This document shows, one piece after another, positions 16,617 to 26,873 of a stretch of DNA of 64,000 bases. The notes beneath the pieces were generated by a model. The model had not been told where the DNA came from. It did no database searches and saw nothing but the letters and a program-made list of their open reading frames with translations. Made by a program: the position numbers and the translations under genes. Source of the stretch: a virus; the IMG/VR virus record IMGVR_UViG_3300025093_000015, positions 23,711-87,710 of that record. One strand, written 5' to 3'. Position 1 is the first letter of the stretch. Each line of letters begins with the position of its first letter.

Positions 16617-16831
16617 TGGCTAAAGAAAGCTTACATAAATGGTTTAGTAGAAACAAAGGTAAAGGTTGGATAGACTGCAAGACTGGTAAACCTTGTGGAA
16701 GAAAGTCAGCAAAAGGCGGATCTAAAAGACCGTATCCTGCTTGTAGACCAACTAAAGCACAATGTACATCTGCAGCTAAAAAGAAAACTAGTTCAAAAAG
16801 AATTAGTTGGAAAAAAAGAAAAAAGAAATAG
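16616..16831 (+). CDS. small basic Cys-containing protein
   Basis: LHKWF...WIDCKTGKPCGRK...YPACRP. Confidence 0.65.
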   Translation: MAKESLHKWFSRNKGKGWIDCKTGKPCGRKSAKGGSKRPYPACRPTKAQCTSAAKKKTSSKRISWKKRKKK

Positions 16832-16833
16832 TT

Positions 16834-17097
16834 ATGGCAAGCAAAAAGAAAGGAGCTATGAAAGGATGCTCCATAAAGAATGGATGTAAAAGTAAATCTG
16901 GTGGTCTTACTGCTAAGGGGCGTAGGATGATCAATAGAAAGACTGGATCTAAACTTAAAGCTCCACAACCAGGAGGGGGTCCACGTAAAAGATCTTTTTG
17001 TGCTAGAAACTTAGGCCAGATTAAAAAATTTAATATTGATTGCAGAAAGACTCCTAAGAAAAGAGCTTGTCTTGCAAGAAAAAAATGGAAGTGCTAA
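16834..17097 (+). CDS. small basic protein (DUF6321-like)
   Basis: KSKSGGLTAKGR..NRKTGSKLKAP...RKRSFCAR...ARKKWKC. Confidence 0.65.
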   Translation: MASKKKGAMKGCSIKNGCKSKSGGLTAKGRRMINRKTGSKLKAPQPGGGPRKRSFCARNLGQIKKFNIDCRKTPKKRACLARKKWKC

Positions 17098-17098
17098 T

Positions 17099-17314
17099 AT
17101 GTGGAAATTATTTAAAGATGAAAATGACATCAATGAAAAAGCTGTAGTAGGCTTTGCTTCATTTATACTAATGGTAATATTTGCTATATGTGATCTTATT
17201 ACCGGATGGTGTGGAATGGAGCTTGTAATAAATGAAGTTATATACAACTCATTTGTTATTGTAACTCTTGGGAGCTTTGGTATAAGCTCATTTGAGAAAA
17301 TTAAAGGTAAATAA
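17099..17314 (+). CDS. putative holin
   Basis: 71 aa with two TM helices and a GISSFEKIKGK tail; near the lysin gene. Confidence 0.55.
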   Translation: MWKLFKDENDINEKAVVGFASFILMVIFAICDLITGWCGMELVINEVIYNSFVIVTLGSFGISSFEKIKGK

Positions 17315-17321
17315 ATCATCT

Positions 17322-17981
17322 ATGACAAATAAAGAAAAGACTCCTCCAAAAGGGAGTATTAGGTTTTCATTAAGCCTTTCACCAGAACAAAAAAAGGCTA
17401 AGACAGAAATTTTAAAACATCCTTATAACTTTGTAGTAGGAAATGCTGGAAGTGGTAAGACATTACTTGCTGTCCAGATAGCACTTGATCTTTTATTCAA
17501 AAGGCAAGTAAATAAAATTATAATAACAAGACCTACAGTATCTACAGAAGATAATGGATTTCTACCAGGATCAGAGCATGAAAAGATGGAACCTTGGTTA
17601 GTTCCTATTAGATCTAACATGCGTAAGGTATATAACAAACCTTTAATCTTGCAGAAACTTGAAAAGGAAGAAAAAATAGAATTGGTATCACTTGCACACT
17701 TTAGAGGACGTACTTTTGATGACTCAGTAGTAATAGTAGATGAATACCAAAATTTAACAAAATCACAACTAGCAATGTGTATTGGAAGATTAGGTAAAGA
17801 ATCTAAGATGATTTTTTGTGGTGATTCATATCAAATAGATTTAAAAGACAAACAACACTCAGCTTTTCATGATATGTCTAAACTTATTCCATCTCAATAT
17901 GTTTTTAAAACAACATTAAAAGATTCTCATAGACATCAAGCAATAAATGAACTATTAGAGATGTTAAACGGGTATCATTAA
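17322..17981 (+). CDS. phoH: PhoH-like ATPase
   Basis: GNAGSGKT, ITRP, GFLPG, RGRTF, DEYQN and GD..QID motifs. Confidence 0.92.
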   Translation: MTNKEKTPPKGSIRFSLSLSPEQKKAKTEILKHPYNFVVGNAGSGKTLLAVQIALDLLFKRQVNKIIITRPTVSTEDNGFLPGSEHEKMEPWLVPIRSNMRKVYNKPLILQKLEKEEKIELVSLAHFRGRTFDDSVVIVDEYQNLTKSQLAMCIGRLGKESKMIFCGDSYQIDLKDKQHSAFHDMSKLIPSQYVFKTTLKDSHRHQAINELLEMLNGYH

Positions 17982-18020
17982 AAAAAATGCTTTAAACTTT
18001 TTTTATTTAAACTTTTTATA

Positions 18021-18028
18021 TATATTTG
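18021..18028 (+). promoter_or_regulatory. Bacteroidota -7 promoter element (TATATTTG)
   Basis: TAnnTTTG, 28 nt upstream of ATG 18057. Confidence 0.55.
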
Positions 18029-18056
18029 CCATTATTAATTAAAAATTAAAATTGCT

Positions 18057-18392
18057 ATGGCAACAAAAACAAAAGTGAAGGATATTGATCCTAAAACAGC
18101 ATCTAAAAAAGAAATGGATGCAAAAAGAAAGGAAGTTACACAATTTTACAAAGATAACATTCCCCATTTAGAAACTCAATTAAAGTATGAAGAATTACTT
18201 AGAGATATTGAGAAAACACGTGCTGAAAGACTACAAGCTCAAATGTTTATTGCACAAACAATGGCTACTCCAACTGAAGAAGAAGGAGAAGATTCAAATG
18301 AAATGAGAGCAGAATTTAATGCAAATGCTGATGGTGCAGAAGCAGCAAGGCAAATTAAAAGAACTTTAAAACGTGAAGCAAATGGTGTATAG
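18057..18392 (+). CDS. hypothetical coiled-coil protein
   Basis: 111-aa ORF. Confidence 0.7.
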   Translation: MATKTKVKDIDPKTASKKEMDAKRKEVTQFYKDNIPHLETQLKYEELLRDIEKTRAERLQAQMFIAQTMATPTEEEGEDSNEMRAEFNANADGAEAARQIKRTLKREANGV

Positions 18393-19002
18393 TGTTGATC
18401 ATATAAGACGTGCTTTAGAACGTAAAAATTATAAGTTTTTTGAAAACGGTGACTATAATGTCAATATAGTAGGAGTAAGAAACTCCCTAACTAAGGATAA
18501 GGTAACAAATGCTTTTGATGATCTTATGACTTTATGTTATAAGATTGATGGTGAATGGCAGTATCATGAATTTGATTGTACTACTGATCCTGGAACTCAT
18601 TATATGAATAGTCCTATAGTAGAAAGTAAAGGTACAGCAATACTAAAACCAGGACAATACAGAGGTTCTCACAAGATTAGAAAGCATCAAGGTAGATATG
18701 AAGCTTTAGGTCAGTGTAGACCAGTAACAGTGTATAGAGACAATAATAGAGATGATGTATATAATTTAAATACTGAAAATACAGATACAGGTTTATTTGG
18801 TATTAATATACACAGAGCAACTAAGTATGCAGGTAAAAAATCTAGTCAAGTAGATAAATGGTCTGCAGGTTGTCAAGTTATTGCAGCTAATGATGATTGG
18901 ACTAAATTTATGAAGATCATGAGAAAAGCTAGAGATACATGGAGTAATAGTTTTACATATACACTTATTGAAAGTGAAGATATACCAACAACATGGCTCT
19001 AG
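18382..19002 (+). CDS. putative endolysin with YkuD-like (L,D-peptidase) His/Cys motif
   Basis: NIVGVR..NAFDD..TTDPG..PGQY..GINIHRA..WSAGCQV. Confidence 0.65.
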   Translation: MVYSVDHIRRALERKNYKFFENGDYNVNIVGVRNSLTKDKVTNAFDDLMTLCYKIDGEWQYHEFDCTTDPGTHYMNSPIVESKGTAILKPGQYRGSHKIRKHQGRYEALGQCRPVTVYRDNNRDDVYNLNTENTDTGLFGINIHRATKYAGKKSSQVDKWSAGCQVIAANDDWTKFMKIMRKARDTWSNSFTYTLIESEDIPTTWL

Positions 19003-19364
19003 TAAATAAAGTAGATAAAAGGGCAAAAGTAAGTATTGATGAAGCTATAAAGTTTCAAATACTTACTTATTGCTTTTTTAATGATATACAAATTAGTTTA
19101 TCAGATCTAAATTGTTTACACTTATTAGCTATGTCAGGTAATATTGAAATGACTAAATTTTGTAATATGGTTTCAGAAGGTGGTGTATTTAAAAGTGCAC
19201 AGTCTTGTAGAAATGCTATAACAAAAGCAGAAAAAAAAGGTCTGATTGTTAAGAATGGTAATAATAAAAAAACAATAACTATTAATCCAGCTATGAATAT
19301 ACAGATTGAGGGTCCATTGTTTTTAGAATATAAGATATTAGGTGTTGAATCCGAAGAACTATAA
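18993..19364 (+). CDS. hypothetical protein, wHTH-like
   Basis: SAQSCRNAITKAEKKGLIVK. Confidence 0.6.
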   Translation: MALVNKVDKRAKVSIDEAIKFQILTYCFFNDIQISLSDLNCLHLLAMSGNIEMTKFCNMVSEGGVFKSAQSCRNAITKAEKKGLIVKNGNNKKTITINPAMNIQIEGPLFLEYKILGVESEEL

Positions 19365-19704
19365 AAAATTTTATGATGATATTGCTGAAGAAGCAGAAGT
19401 ACATAAAGATTTAGTTAAAGATTTTATTTATTTCTTTTATGCTAAAGTTAGAAAAGAATTATCTGAACTTAATCATCCAAAAATACATTTGCCTAACTTA
19501 GGAACTTTTTCTATAAGAGTTGGTAAACTAAAAAAACATATAAAGAAAAACAAAGACATTTTAGGTAATCTACAAAAAATGACTTTTGAAGGATATGACA
19601 AGTCTGTACCTGTAAAAGAAAAATTACAAAAGATGGAAGACTTGTTAGAAGTAATAGAAGAAAACATAAAAAATAAAAAAAAGTTTAAAAATGAGAATAA
19701 ATAA
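19342..19704 (+). CDS. HU/IHF-like protein
   Basis: IAEE......V...I..F...V...L.....IHLPNLGTFSI. Confidence 0.6.
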   Translation: MLNPKNYKKFYDDIAEEAEVHKDLVKDFIYFFYAKVRKELSELNHPKIHLPNLGTFSIRVGKLKKHIKKNKDILGNLQKMTFEGYDKSVPVKEKLQKMEDLLEVIEENIKNKKKFKNENK

Positions 19705-20113
19705 ATTATTAGGTGCCCTAGGTAATTTAGATAAAATTGCTGAAGGTATTAAAAATAAAATTTTTAAAAGAGATGATGTAGAAGCTATTGCTAAAATGAG
19801 ATGGTTAGAATGTTCTGTTTGTCCGTTTTTGGATAAAGAAGGTTCTAGTTGTGCTGTTAATGGTACACAACCATGTTGTTCAGATTGCGGTTGTAGTATT
19901 GCACTTAAAATAAGAGCAATGTCAGCTGATTGTCCAAAAGGAAGATGGAAAGCTATTATGCCAGAAGAAATGGAAAATGAATTAAAAAAACAGATTTATT
20001 TAAACATGGAAGAAACTGATAAGCATAGAGCAGATATAAAAAGAAGAGCTGAAGAACAAAATAAAAAAATAAGAGATAAACATAAAAACAATAAAGATGC
20101 CAGTAATATTTAG
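19691..20113 (+). CDS. Cys-rich Zn-binding protein
   Basis: CSVCP..C..CCSDCGC...K.R....CPKGRW. Confidence 0.65.
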   Translation: MRINKLLGALGNLDKIAEGIKNKIFKRDDVEAIAKMRWLECSVCPFLDKEGSSCAVNGTQPCCSDCGCSIALKIRAMSADCPKGRWKAIMPEEMENELKKQIYLNMEETDKHRADIKRRAEEQNKKIRDKHKNNKDASNI

Positions 20114-20930
20114 AGAAAAAGGTCATGTGTATGAAAGCCTTGATGAGCAATTAGAAAAAGATCAAATTAAATGGACTAGTGTAACTAGTTTTATTGGCTT
20201 GTTTAAACCTAAATTTGATGCTAAATCTCAAGCTGTAAAATCAAGTAAGAATAAAAGATCTAAATGGTACGGAATGACACCAAAAGAAATTACTGATGCT
20301 TGGAATAATGAAACTACAAGAGCAATAGAATTAGGTAATTGGTATCATAATCAAAGAGAAGAAAATTTATGTGAGTTTAATACTATTGAAAGAGATGGTG
20401 TTGAAGTACCTATTATAAGACCTATAACAGATGATAATGGTATTAAGATAGCTCCAGATCAAAAAATAAAAGATGGTGTATATCCTGAACATTTTGTATA
20501 TCTTAAATCATTAGGTTTATGTGGACAAGCTGATTTAGTTACTATTGTAAATGGAAAAATAAATATATTAGATTATAAGACTAATAAGGAAATCAAAGAA
20601 AAAGGATTTACAAATTGGGAAGGTATAACATCAAAGTTATATAATCCTGTCTCACATTTGGATGATTGTAATTTAAACCATTACAATTTACAACTTAGCT
20701 TATATGCATATATAATTAAAAAACATAATCCTAAATTAAAAATAGGTAAATTACAAATACAACATGTATCATTTGAAAAAGAAGGTGAGAATGAGCATGG
20801 TTATCCTATCACTAAGTATAATGATCAGGGTGAACCAATTATTAAAGAAATTAAAATGTATGAACTACCATATTTAAAAGATGAGATTAATAGTCTTGTA
20901 ATGTGGTTAAAAGATAATCCACAATGCTAG
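20097..20930 (+). CDS. PD-(D/E)XK (Cas4/RecB-like) exonuclease
   Basis: SVTS, G..YH, GQADL, ILDYKT and YNLQLSLY motifs. Confidence 0.85.
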   Translation: MPVIFREKGHVYESLDEQLEKDQIKWTSVTSFIGLFKPKFDAKSQAVKSSKNKRSKWYGMTPKEITDAWNNETTRAIELGNWYHNQREENLCEFNTIERDGVEVPIIRPITDDNGIKIAPDQKIKDGVYPEHFVYLKSLGLCGQADLVTIVNGKINILDYKTNKEIKEKGFTNWEGITSKLYNPVSHLDDCNLNHYNLQLSLYAYIIKKHNPKLKIGKLQIQHVSFEKEGENEHGYPITKYNDQGEPIIKEIKMYELPYLKDEINSLVMWLKDNPQC

Positions 20931-21442
20931 TAAAACTATTTGACGTACAAAATGGTAAAGTAATACCATCAGAACATTGCTATTCTATTAAATCACTTAA
21001 AGGTATTATGGATAAGTATCCTGATACATATATGGAAATATATTTATTTGTATTTTATATGACATGTCCAGATCCTGATATGAATCCATTTTTTAATATG
21101 CCTGAGCATGAAAAAGAAGATTTAATTATAGAAGAGGTAGGTTTAGAAGAATCACCAGAAGATGAAACAATCAGAAATGCTATAAGATTATGTGAAGATC
21201 TTTATCATACACCTACGTATAGAGCATATAAAGGTATAAAGACAATGTTAGATAGATTAGCAAGATATATGGAAACCACATCCATAGAACATGGTAGAGA
21301 TGGTAATTTAACATCATTAGTAAATACTGCAGCTAAGTTTGAACAAATAAGACAATCATTCAAAGGTGCATATAATGATATGAAAGATGAACAAAAAAGT
21401 CAAGTGCGTGGTGGACAAGGCTTGGCTTATGATCAAATGTAA
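20924..21442 (+). CDS. hypothetical protein, candidate terminase small subunit
   Basis: Helical protein upstream of TerL, ending VRGGQGLAYDQ. Function inferred from position. Confidence 0.45.
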   Translation: MLVKLFDVQNGKVIPSEHCYSIKSLKGIMDKYPDTYMEIYLFVFYMTCPDPDMNPFFNMPEHEKEDLIIEEVGLEESPEDETIRNAIRLCEDLYHTPTYRAYKGIKTMLDRLARYMETTSIEHGRDGNLTSLVNTAAKFEQIRQSFKGAYNDMKDEQKSQVRGGQGLAYDQM

Positions 21443-21459
21443 ATTAAAACTAAAATAAA

Positions 21460-21732
21460 ATGAGTAAAATTAGACCAGTAGGAGATAGACTCCTAATTAA
21501 ACAACACAAATCAGAAGAAACTTATGGTAATACAGGAATATATATTCCAGAATCTTCACAAGAAAAACAAGATAAAGGTACAGTTGTTTCTGTAGGAGAA
21601 GATGTAGAAGGTATACATGAAGGTGAAGTTGTATTATTCAATCAGTTTATTCAACCGGTAAAAGTAAACCACATGGATGAAGATCATATCTTGTTAAGAC
21701 AACAAGATATATGGGCAATACAAGATGTATAA
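21460..21732 (+). CDS. groES: co-chaperonin GroES
   Basis: IRPVGDRLLI..GIYIP...GTVVSVG...GEVVLF...ILLRQQDIWA. Confidence 0.9.
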   Translation: MSKIRPVGDRLLIKQHKSEETYGNTGIYIPESSQEKQDKGTVVSVGEDVEGIHEGEVVLFNQFIQPVKVNHMDEDHILLRQQDIWAIQDV

Positions 21733-23917
21733 AATTGTACCTACATACAAAGATGGTAAATGGACTACAACTGATTTTAAATCAAGAGAAGACTTTACTA
21801 AATATATTTTAACTTTATTTAAAGAGCCAGGGCAGTATCAATTTGATGAGACTGCTCTGCTTTTTAATAATGAAGCTACTATATTTAACAAGAATGGTTT
21901 TTACTGTGATAAACCATTTAGATCAAAAGATTATATAAAATATTGGGAAGATCAAAAACATAAATGCAGAGAGGGTGTTCTATACCATGGTAAGAAGAAT
22001 ATATTTTATTTAACTAGAGATTATTACATGTGGTTAAACTTCTTACCAATCTTTGATAAAGAAGAAAAGAAGTATGGTTTTGCAAAAGTTAGAGATGCAC
22101 AATATCATATGGCCTTATATGAACTACTTGCAGAATTACATTATAAGCATGCTGCTATCTTAAAGAAAAGACAGATAGCTTCATCATATTTTCATATGGC
22201 AAAACTTTTAAATCAGTTCTGGTTTGAAGAAGGGTCTATATGTAAAATGGGTGCTTCATTAAAAGATTATATTAATGATAAAGGTTCTTGGAAGTTTTTA
22301 GATGAATATAAAACATTCCTTAATGAACATACAGCTTGGTATAGACCATGTACACCTGAGAAGGTATTGCTATGGGAACAGAAGATAGAAGTAAGAATAA
22401 ATAATAGAAAAACTAACAAAGGACTTATGTCTAAAATACAAGGTGCATCTTTTGAAAAAAATGCAACAACAGGTGTAGGTGGACCTTGTACTTACTTCTT
22501 TCATGAAGAGGCTGGTATTGCTCCAAAGATGGATCAAACTTATGAGTATATCAGACCAGCCATGTCATCTGGTATGATTACTACCGGTATGTTTATAGCT
22601 GCAGGATCTGTGGGTGATCTTGATCAGTGTAATCCTCTAAAGGAAATGATACTTAATCCACAATCAAATGATATATACGCTGTAGAAACAGATCTAATGG
22701 ATGATAAAGGTGGTTTTGGTATTGCAGGTCTATTTATACCAGAACAGTGGTCTATGCCCCCTTATATTGATAAATACGGTAACTCACAAATAAAAGAAGC
22801 TTTGCAAGCTATTAAAGATGAAAGAGGTCAATGGGAAAAAGATTTAGCACCAGAACAATATCAATTACGTATATCACAGAAACCTATTAATATTGCAGAA
22901 GCTTTTGCTTATAGACAAGCATCTATATTTCCACAAGGTATTATTGCTAAACAATTAAAGAAGATTGAAGATAAAGAATATTCTTATGAGTTTATACAAC
23001 TAGAACGTGATCAAAAAGGTATAACAGCAAAAAGAACTAAAAAATTACCTATATCTACTTTTCCTGTAAAGAAAAAGATGGAAGATAAAACTGGATCACT
23101 TGTAGTATGGGAAAGACCAATTAAGAATCCAGACTTTGGTACATACTATGCATCTATTGACCCTGTATCAGAAGGTAAAACAACTACATCAGATTCATTG
23201 TGTAGTATATTTGTTTATAAAAATCCAGTAGAGGTTACAAGAGAAACACCAGATGGATCTGAAACATTTATAGAAAAAGATAAAATAGTAGCATCATGGT
23301 GTGGTAGATATGATGATATAAATAAAACTCATGAGCAATTAGAAATGATTATAGAGTGGTATAAAGCATGGACTATTGTTGAGAACAATATATCTTTATT
23401 TATACAACATATGATTGCTAAAAGAAAACAAAAATATCTTGTACCTAAACAGCAAGTATTATTTTTAAAAGATCTTGGCTCAAACAGAACTGTATATCAA
23501 GAGTATGGTTGGAAAAATACAGGAACATTATTTAAAAATCATTTAATATCTTATGCAATAGAATATATTAGAGAAGTGATAGATGAGGATTTAGATGATA
23601 ATGGAGAAGTAATATCACAAACATTTGGTATAGATAGAATACCTGATCCAATGTTGTTAACAGAAATGTCACAATATTATCCTGGATTAAACGTGGATAG
23701 ACTTGTAGCTTTTTCTGCATTAGTTGCATTTGCTAAGGTTCAACAGTCTAATAGAGGCTATTTAAAACGTAAAGAACTGGATAAGTCAGCAAATAACTTG
23801 GATAATTCAAGAAATTTGTATAAATTATCTATGAGCCCTTTTAAGAATTTAGGGAGGGGTAAAAAGAATAATGGAAGTAAAAAATTTAGAAAGTCACCTT
23901 TTAAAAATATAAAATGA
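21725..23917 (+). CDS. terL: terminase large subunit
   Basis: LKKRQIASS Walker A, FFHEEAG Walker B, ASIDP RNase-H-like motif, IVENN, NVDRL. Confidence 0.9.
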   Translation: MYKIVPTYKDGKWTTTDFKSREDFTKYILTLFKEPGQYQFDETALLFNNEATIFNKNGFYCDKPFRSKDYIKYWEDQKHKCREGVLYHGKKNIFYLTRDYYMWLNFLPIFDKEEKKYGFAKVRDAQYHMALYELLAELHYKHAAILKKRQIASSYFHMAKLLNQFWFEEGSICKMGASLKDYINDKGSWKFLDEYKTFLNEHTAWYRPCTPEKVLLWEQKIEVRINNRKTNKGLMSKIQGASFEKNATTGVGGPCTYFFHEEAGIAPKMDQTYEYIRPAMSSGMITTGMFIAAGSVGDLDQCNPLKEMILNPQSNDIYAVETDLMDDKGGFGIAGLFIPEQWSMPPYIDKYGNSQIKEALQAIKDERGQWEKDLAPEQYQLRISQKPINIAEAFAYRQASIFPQGIIAKQLKKIEDKEYSYEFIQLERDQKGITAKRTKKLPISTFPVKKKMEDKTGSLVVWERPIKNPDFGTYYASIDPVSEGKTTTSDSLCSIFVYKNPVEVTRETPDGSETFIEKDKIVASWCGRYDDINKTHEQLEMIIEWYKAWTIVENNISLFIQHMIAKRKQKYLVPKQQVLFLKDLGSNRTVYQEYGWKNTGTLFKNHLISYAIEYIREVIDEDLDDNGEVISQTFGIDRIPDPMLLTEMSQYYPGLNVDRLVAFSALVAFAKVQQSNRGYLKRKELDKSANNLDNSRNLYKLSMSPFKNLGRGKKNNGSKKFRKSPFKNIK

Positions 23918-23985
23918 AAAAGTACTGGACAACTTCTACAACATGTGGTGATATTAGTATCATCTATTATATAAAGAAATAAATA

Positions 23986-26751
23986 ATGAAAGTATTTAAC
24001 GCTCTTCAATTAAAAAATGGTGCAAAAGCCAAAGAATCTAGATACCCGGCTACATCAAGTTTAACTCAACCTGTACAGTTTTTATCTGCAAAACGTAAAA
24101 CTAATGATTGGGCTGCATGGAATTTAGATTGGCTTGAAGAACAAGGTATGGAGTTCTTAAGAAGAAATGCCAGAAAACTTTTAAAGAATTATAAGCTAGC
24201 AAAAGGTATCATTGATAAGACAGATTATATTATTGAAGAGAATAATCAATATTCAGAACTTATTGATGTATTAACAGAAGAAGACAACTCAGCATTAGAG
24301 TTGAAGTTCTATCCTATAATCCCAAACGTAATTAACGTTCTCTCAGGAGAATTTTCTAAAAGATTTAATAAAGTTCAATTTAGAGCTGTAGATGATCTAT
24401 CATATAATGAAATGATGGAACAGAAAAGATCTATGATTGAAGAAAATCTATTAGCTGATGCTGCAATACAAGTTCAACAAAAGTTAATTGAACAAGGTCT
24501 TGATCTTTCAGGAGAAGAAGCACAAAAAGCTCTTGCACCAGAACAATTAAAATCATTACCTGAAATAGAAGAATTTTTTCAAAAAGATTATAGAAGCTTA
24601 GTAGAAGAATGGGCTAGTCATCAATTAAGAGTTGATGAAGAAAGATTTAAAATGCAGGAATTAGAAGAAAGAGGATTCCGTGACATGCTTATATGTGATA
24701 GAGAATTTTGGCATTTTAAAATGATGGAAGATGACTATAAAGTAGAATTATGGAATCCAGTATTAACGTTCTACCAAAAGTCTCCAGACACAAGATATAT
24801 TTCAGAATCTAATTATGCAGGTAAGTGTGAGATGATGACAATATCAGATGTTATTGATAGTTATGGTTACTTGATGTCTAAAAAACAATTAGAGTCATTA
24901 GAATCAATACATCCTGCTAAATCTGCAATTTATATGAATCAACCAGTTCAAAATGATGGTTCATTCTATGATCCTACAAAATCTCATAAATGGAACACAC
25001 AATCTCCTTCATTAGGATATAGACAGTTTATGAGTAACTGGAATAAGTTTCCAGGTGGTGGAGGTGACATTGTATCACAAATCTTAGGTGAAGGTGAAGA
25101 TCTTGCATCATATGGTAACACTGATCTTTTAAGAGTATCTACAATTTATTGGAAGACTCAAAGAAAGGTTGGGCATTTAACTAGAGTTATGCCAGATGGT
25201 GAAGTAGAACAATTAATTATTGATGAAAACTGGAAACAGTCACACAAACCTATTTATAATACGCATCTATTCAAAGAGAAAACAAAAGATAATCTTATTG
25301 AAGGAGAACATGTAGATTGGATATGGATTAATGAAGTATGGGGTGGAGTAAAAATAGGTAGAAACTTACCACATAGTTGGAGAACAGAAATGTCATCTGA
25401 TTTTGATCCAATATACTTAGGTATAAATAAAAAGAAACCAGGTAGAGTACAGTTTCAATTTAAAGGAGATAACAATCTTTATGGTTGTAAACTACCTATT
25501 GAGGGAAGAGTATTCTCAGATAGAAATACGAGATCTACTTCTTTAGTAGACTTAATGAAACCATATCAAGTAGGATACAATATGGTTAATAATCAAATTG
25601 CAGATATACTAGTAGATGAACTAGGAACTGTAATTATGTTTGATCAGAATGCATTACCACGTCACTCAATGGGAGAAGATTGGGGTAAGAATAATATGGC
25701 AAAAGCATATGTAGCTATGAAGGACTTTGGTATGTTACCATTAGATACTTCTATAACAAACACAGAAAATGCTACAAACTTTAATCATTATCAGACATTA
25801 AATCTTGAACAGTCAGGAAGATTAATGTCAAGAATACAATTAGCCAATCATTTTAAGCAACAAGCTTTTGATGCTATTGGTGTTAATCCACAAAGATTAG
25901 GTGCACCAGTTGCTCAACAAACAGCTACAGGTGTAACACAAGCTATGAATCAATCATATGCACAAACAGAAATGTACTTTATACAACACTCAGATAATCT
26001 TATGCCAAGGGTACATCAGATGAGAACTGACTTATCACAATACTACCATAGTAAAATGCCTAGTGTTAGATTAAATTATATTTCTAGTGAAGCTGAAAAA
26101 GTAAACTTCCAAATAAATGGTACAGAATTATTAATGAGAGATTTTAATATTTTCTGTACAACAAGAACAAATCATAGATCTATATTAGATCAACTTAAAC
26201 AATTAGCAATGACTAATAACACATCAGGCGCAAGTATATTTGATCTTGGTGGTATTATTAAAGCTGACTCAATTGCAGAAGTTTCTAACATTCTTAAAGG
26301 TGCTGAAGAAAAACAACAAGCTCAAAGACAACAAGAAATGCAACAACAACAGCAAATGCAACAGCAACAAATTGAAGCACAAGCTAAAGAAAAAGCTGCT
26401 GAACGTGAGTTCCAAGCTTCACAAAATGCTGAAGAACGTAAAAATGATCTTATGGTTGCAGAAATTAGAGCTGCTGGTTATGGTGCACAAACTGATATTG
26501 ATCAAAATGAGCAAAGTGATTTCCGTGATGCAATGCAAGATATGGAAAAAAGAGAGCAGTATAGAGAGCAAATGGACTTCAAAAGAGATGAAGCAATTAG
26601 AAGAGATTCTATGAGTCAAGCAAAAATGGATATTGATAGACAAAAATTACAAACTCAACGTGATATTGCAGCTACAAATCTAGAAATTGCTAGAGAGAAT
26701 AAGAATAAATATGATGTTCAAAAATCCCCAAAAGACAAGGATAAAGAGTAA
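23986..26751 (+). CDS. portal protein
   Basis: 921 aa following TerL; YPIIPNVINVL.GE, SLVDLMKPYQ..YN, GVNPQRLG and a Q-rich C-terminal coil, as in crAss-like portals. Confidence 0.85.
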   Translation: MKVFNALQLKNGAKAKESRYPATSSLTQPVQFLSAKRKTNDWAAWNLDWLEEQGMEFLRRNARKLLKNYKLAKGIIDKTDYIIEENNQYSELIDVLTEEDNSALELKFYPIIPNVINVLSGEFSKRFNKVQFRAVDDLSYNEMMEQKRSMIEENLLADAAIQVQQKLIEQGLDLSGEEAQKALAPEQLKSLPEIEEFFQKDYRSLVEEWASHQLRVDEERFKMQELEERGFRDMLICDREFWHFKMMEDDYKVELWNPVLTFYQKSPDTRYISESNYAGKCEMMTISDVIDSYGYLMSKKQLESLESIHPAKSAIYMNQPVQNDGSFYDPTKSHKWNTQSPSLGYRQFMSNWNKFPGGGGDIVSQILGEGEDLASYGNTDLLRVSTIYWKTQRKVGHLTRVMPDGEVEQLIIDENWKQSHKPIYNTHLFKEKTKDNLIEGEHVDWIWINEVWGGVKIGRNLPHSWRTEMSSDFDPIYLGINKKKPGRVQFQFKGDNNLYGCKLPIEGRVFSDRNTRSTSLVDLMKPYQVGYNMVNNQIADILVDELGTVIMFDQNALPRHSMGEDWGKNNMAKAYVAMKDFGMLPLDTSITNTENATNFNHYQTLNLEQSGRLMSRIQLANHFKQQAFDAIGVNPQRLGAPVAQQTATGVTQAMNQSYAQTEMYFIQHSDNLMPRVHQMRTDLSQYYHSKMPSVRLNYISSEAEKVNFQINGTELLMRDFNIFCTTRTNHRSILDQLKQLAMTNNTSGASIFDLGGIIKADSIAEVSNILKGAEEKQQAQRQQEMQQQQQMQQQQIEAQAKEKAAEREFQASQNAEERKNDLMVAEIRAAGYGAQTDIDQNEQSDFRDAMQDMEKREQYREQMDFKRDEAIRRDSMSQAKMDIDRQKLQTQRDIAATNLEIARENKNKYDVQKSPKDKDKE

Positions 26752-26873
26752 GAATAATATACTTAGCTATATACTACAAAAAACTTTAGTAGATTTTCAA
26801 ATTTTTAAGGTTTAAATAAAAAAAACTTAGTATATTATATATGTAATCATTAACATTAAAACCAATAATAGTT

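Noticed and set aside
20097-20930. Cas4 as evidence of a CRISPR system
   Set aside because: A solo PD-(D/E)XK nuclease without the Fe-S cysteine set, an array or other cas genes.
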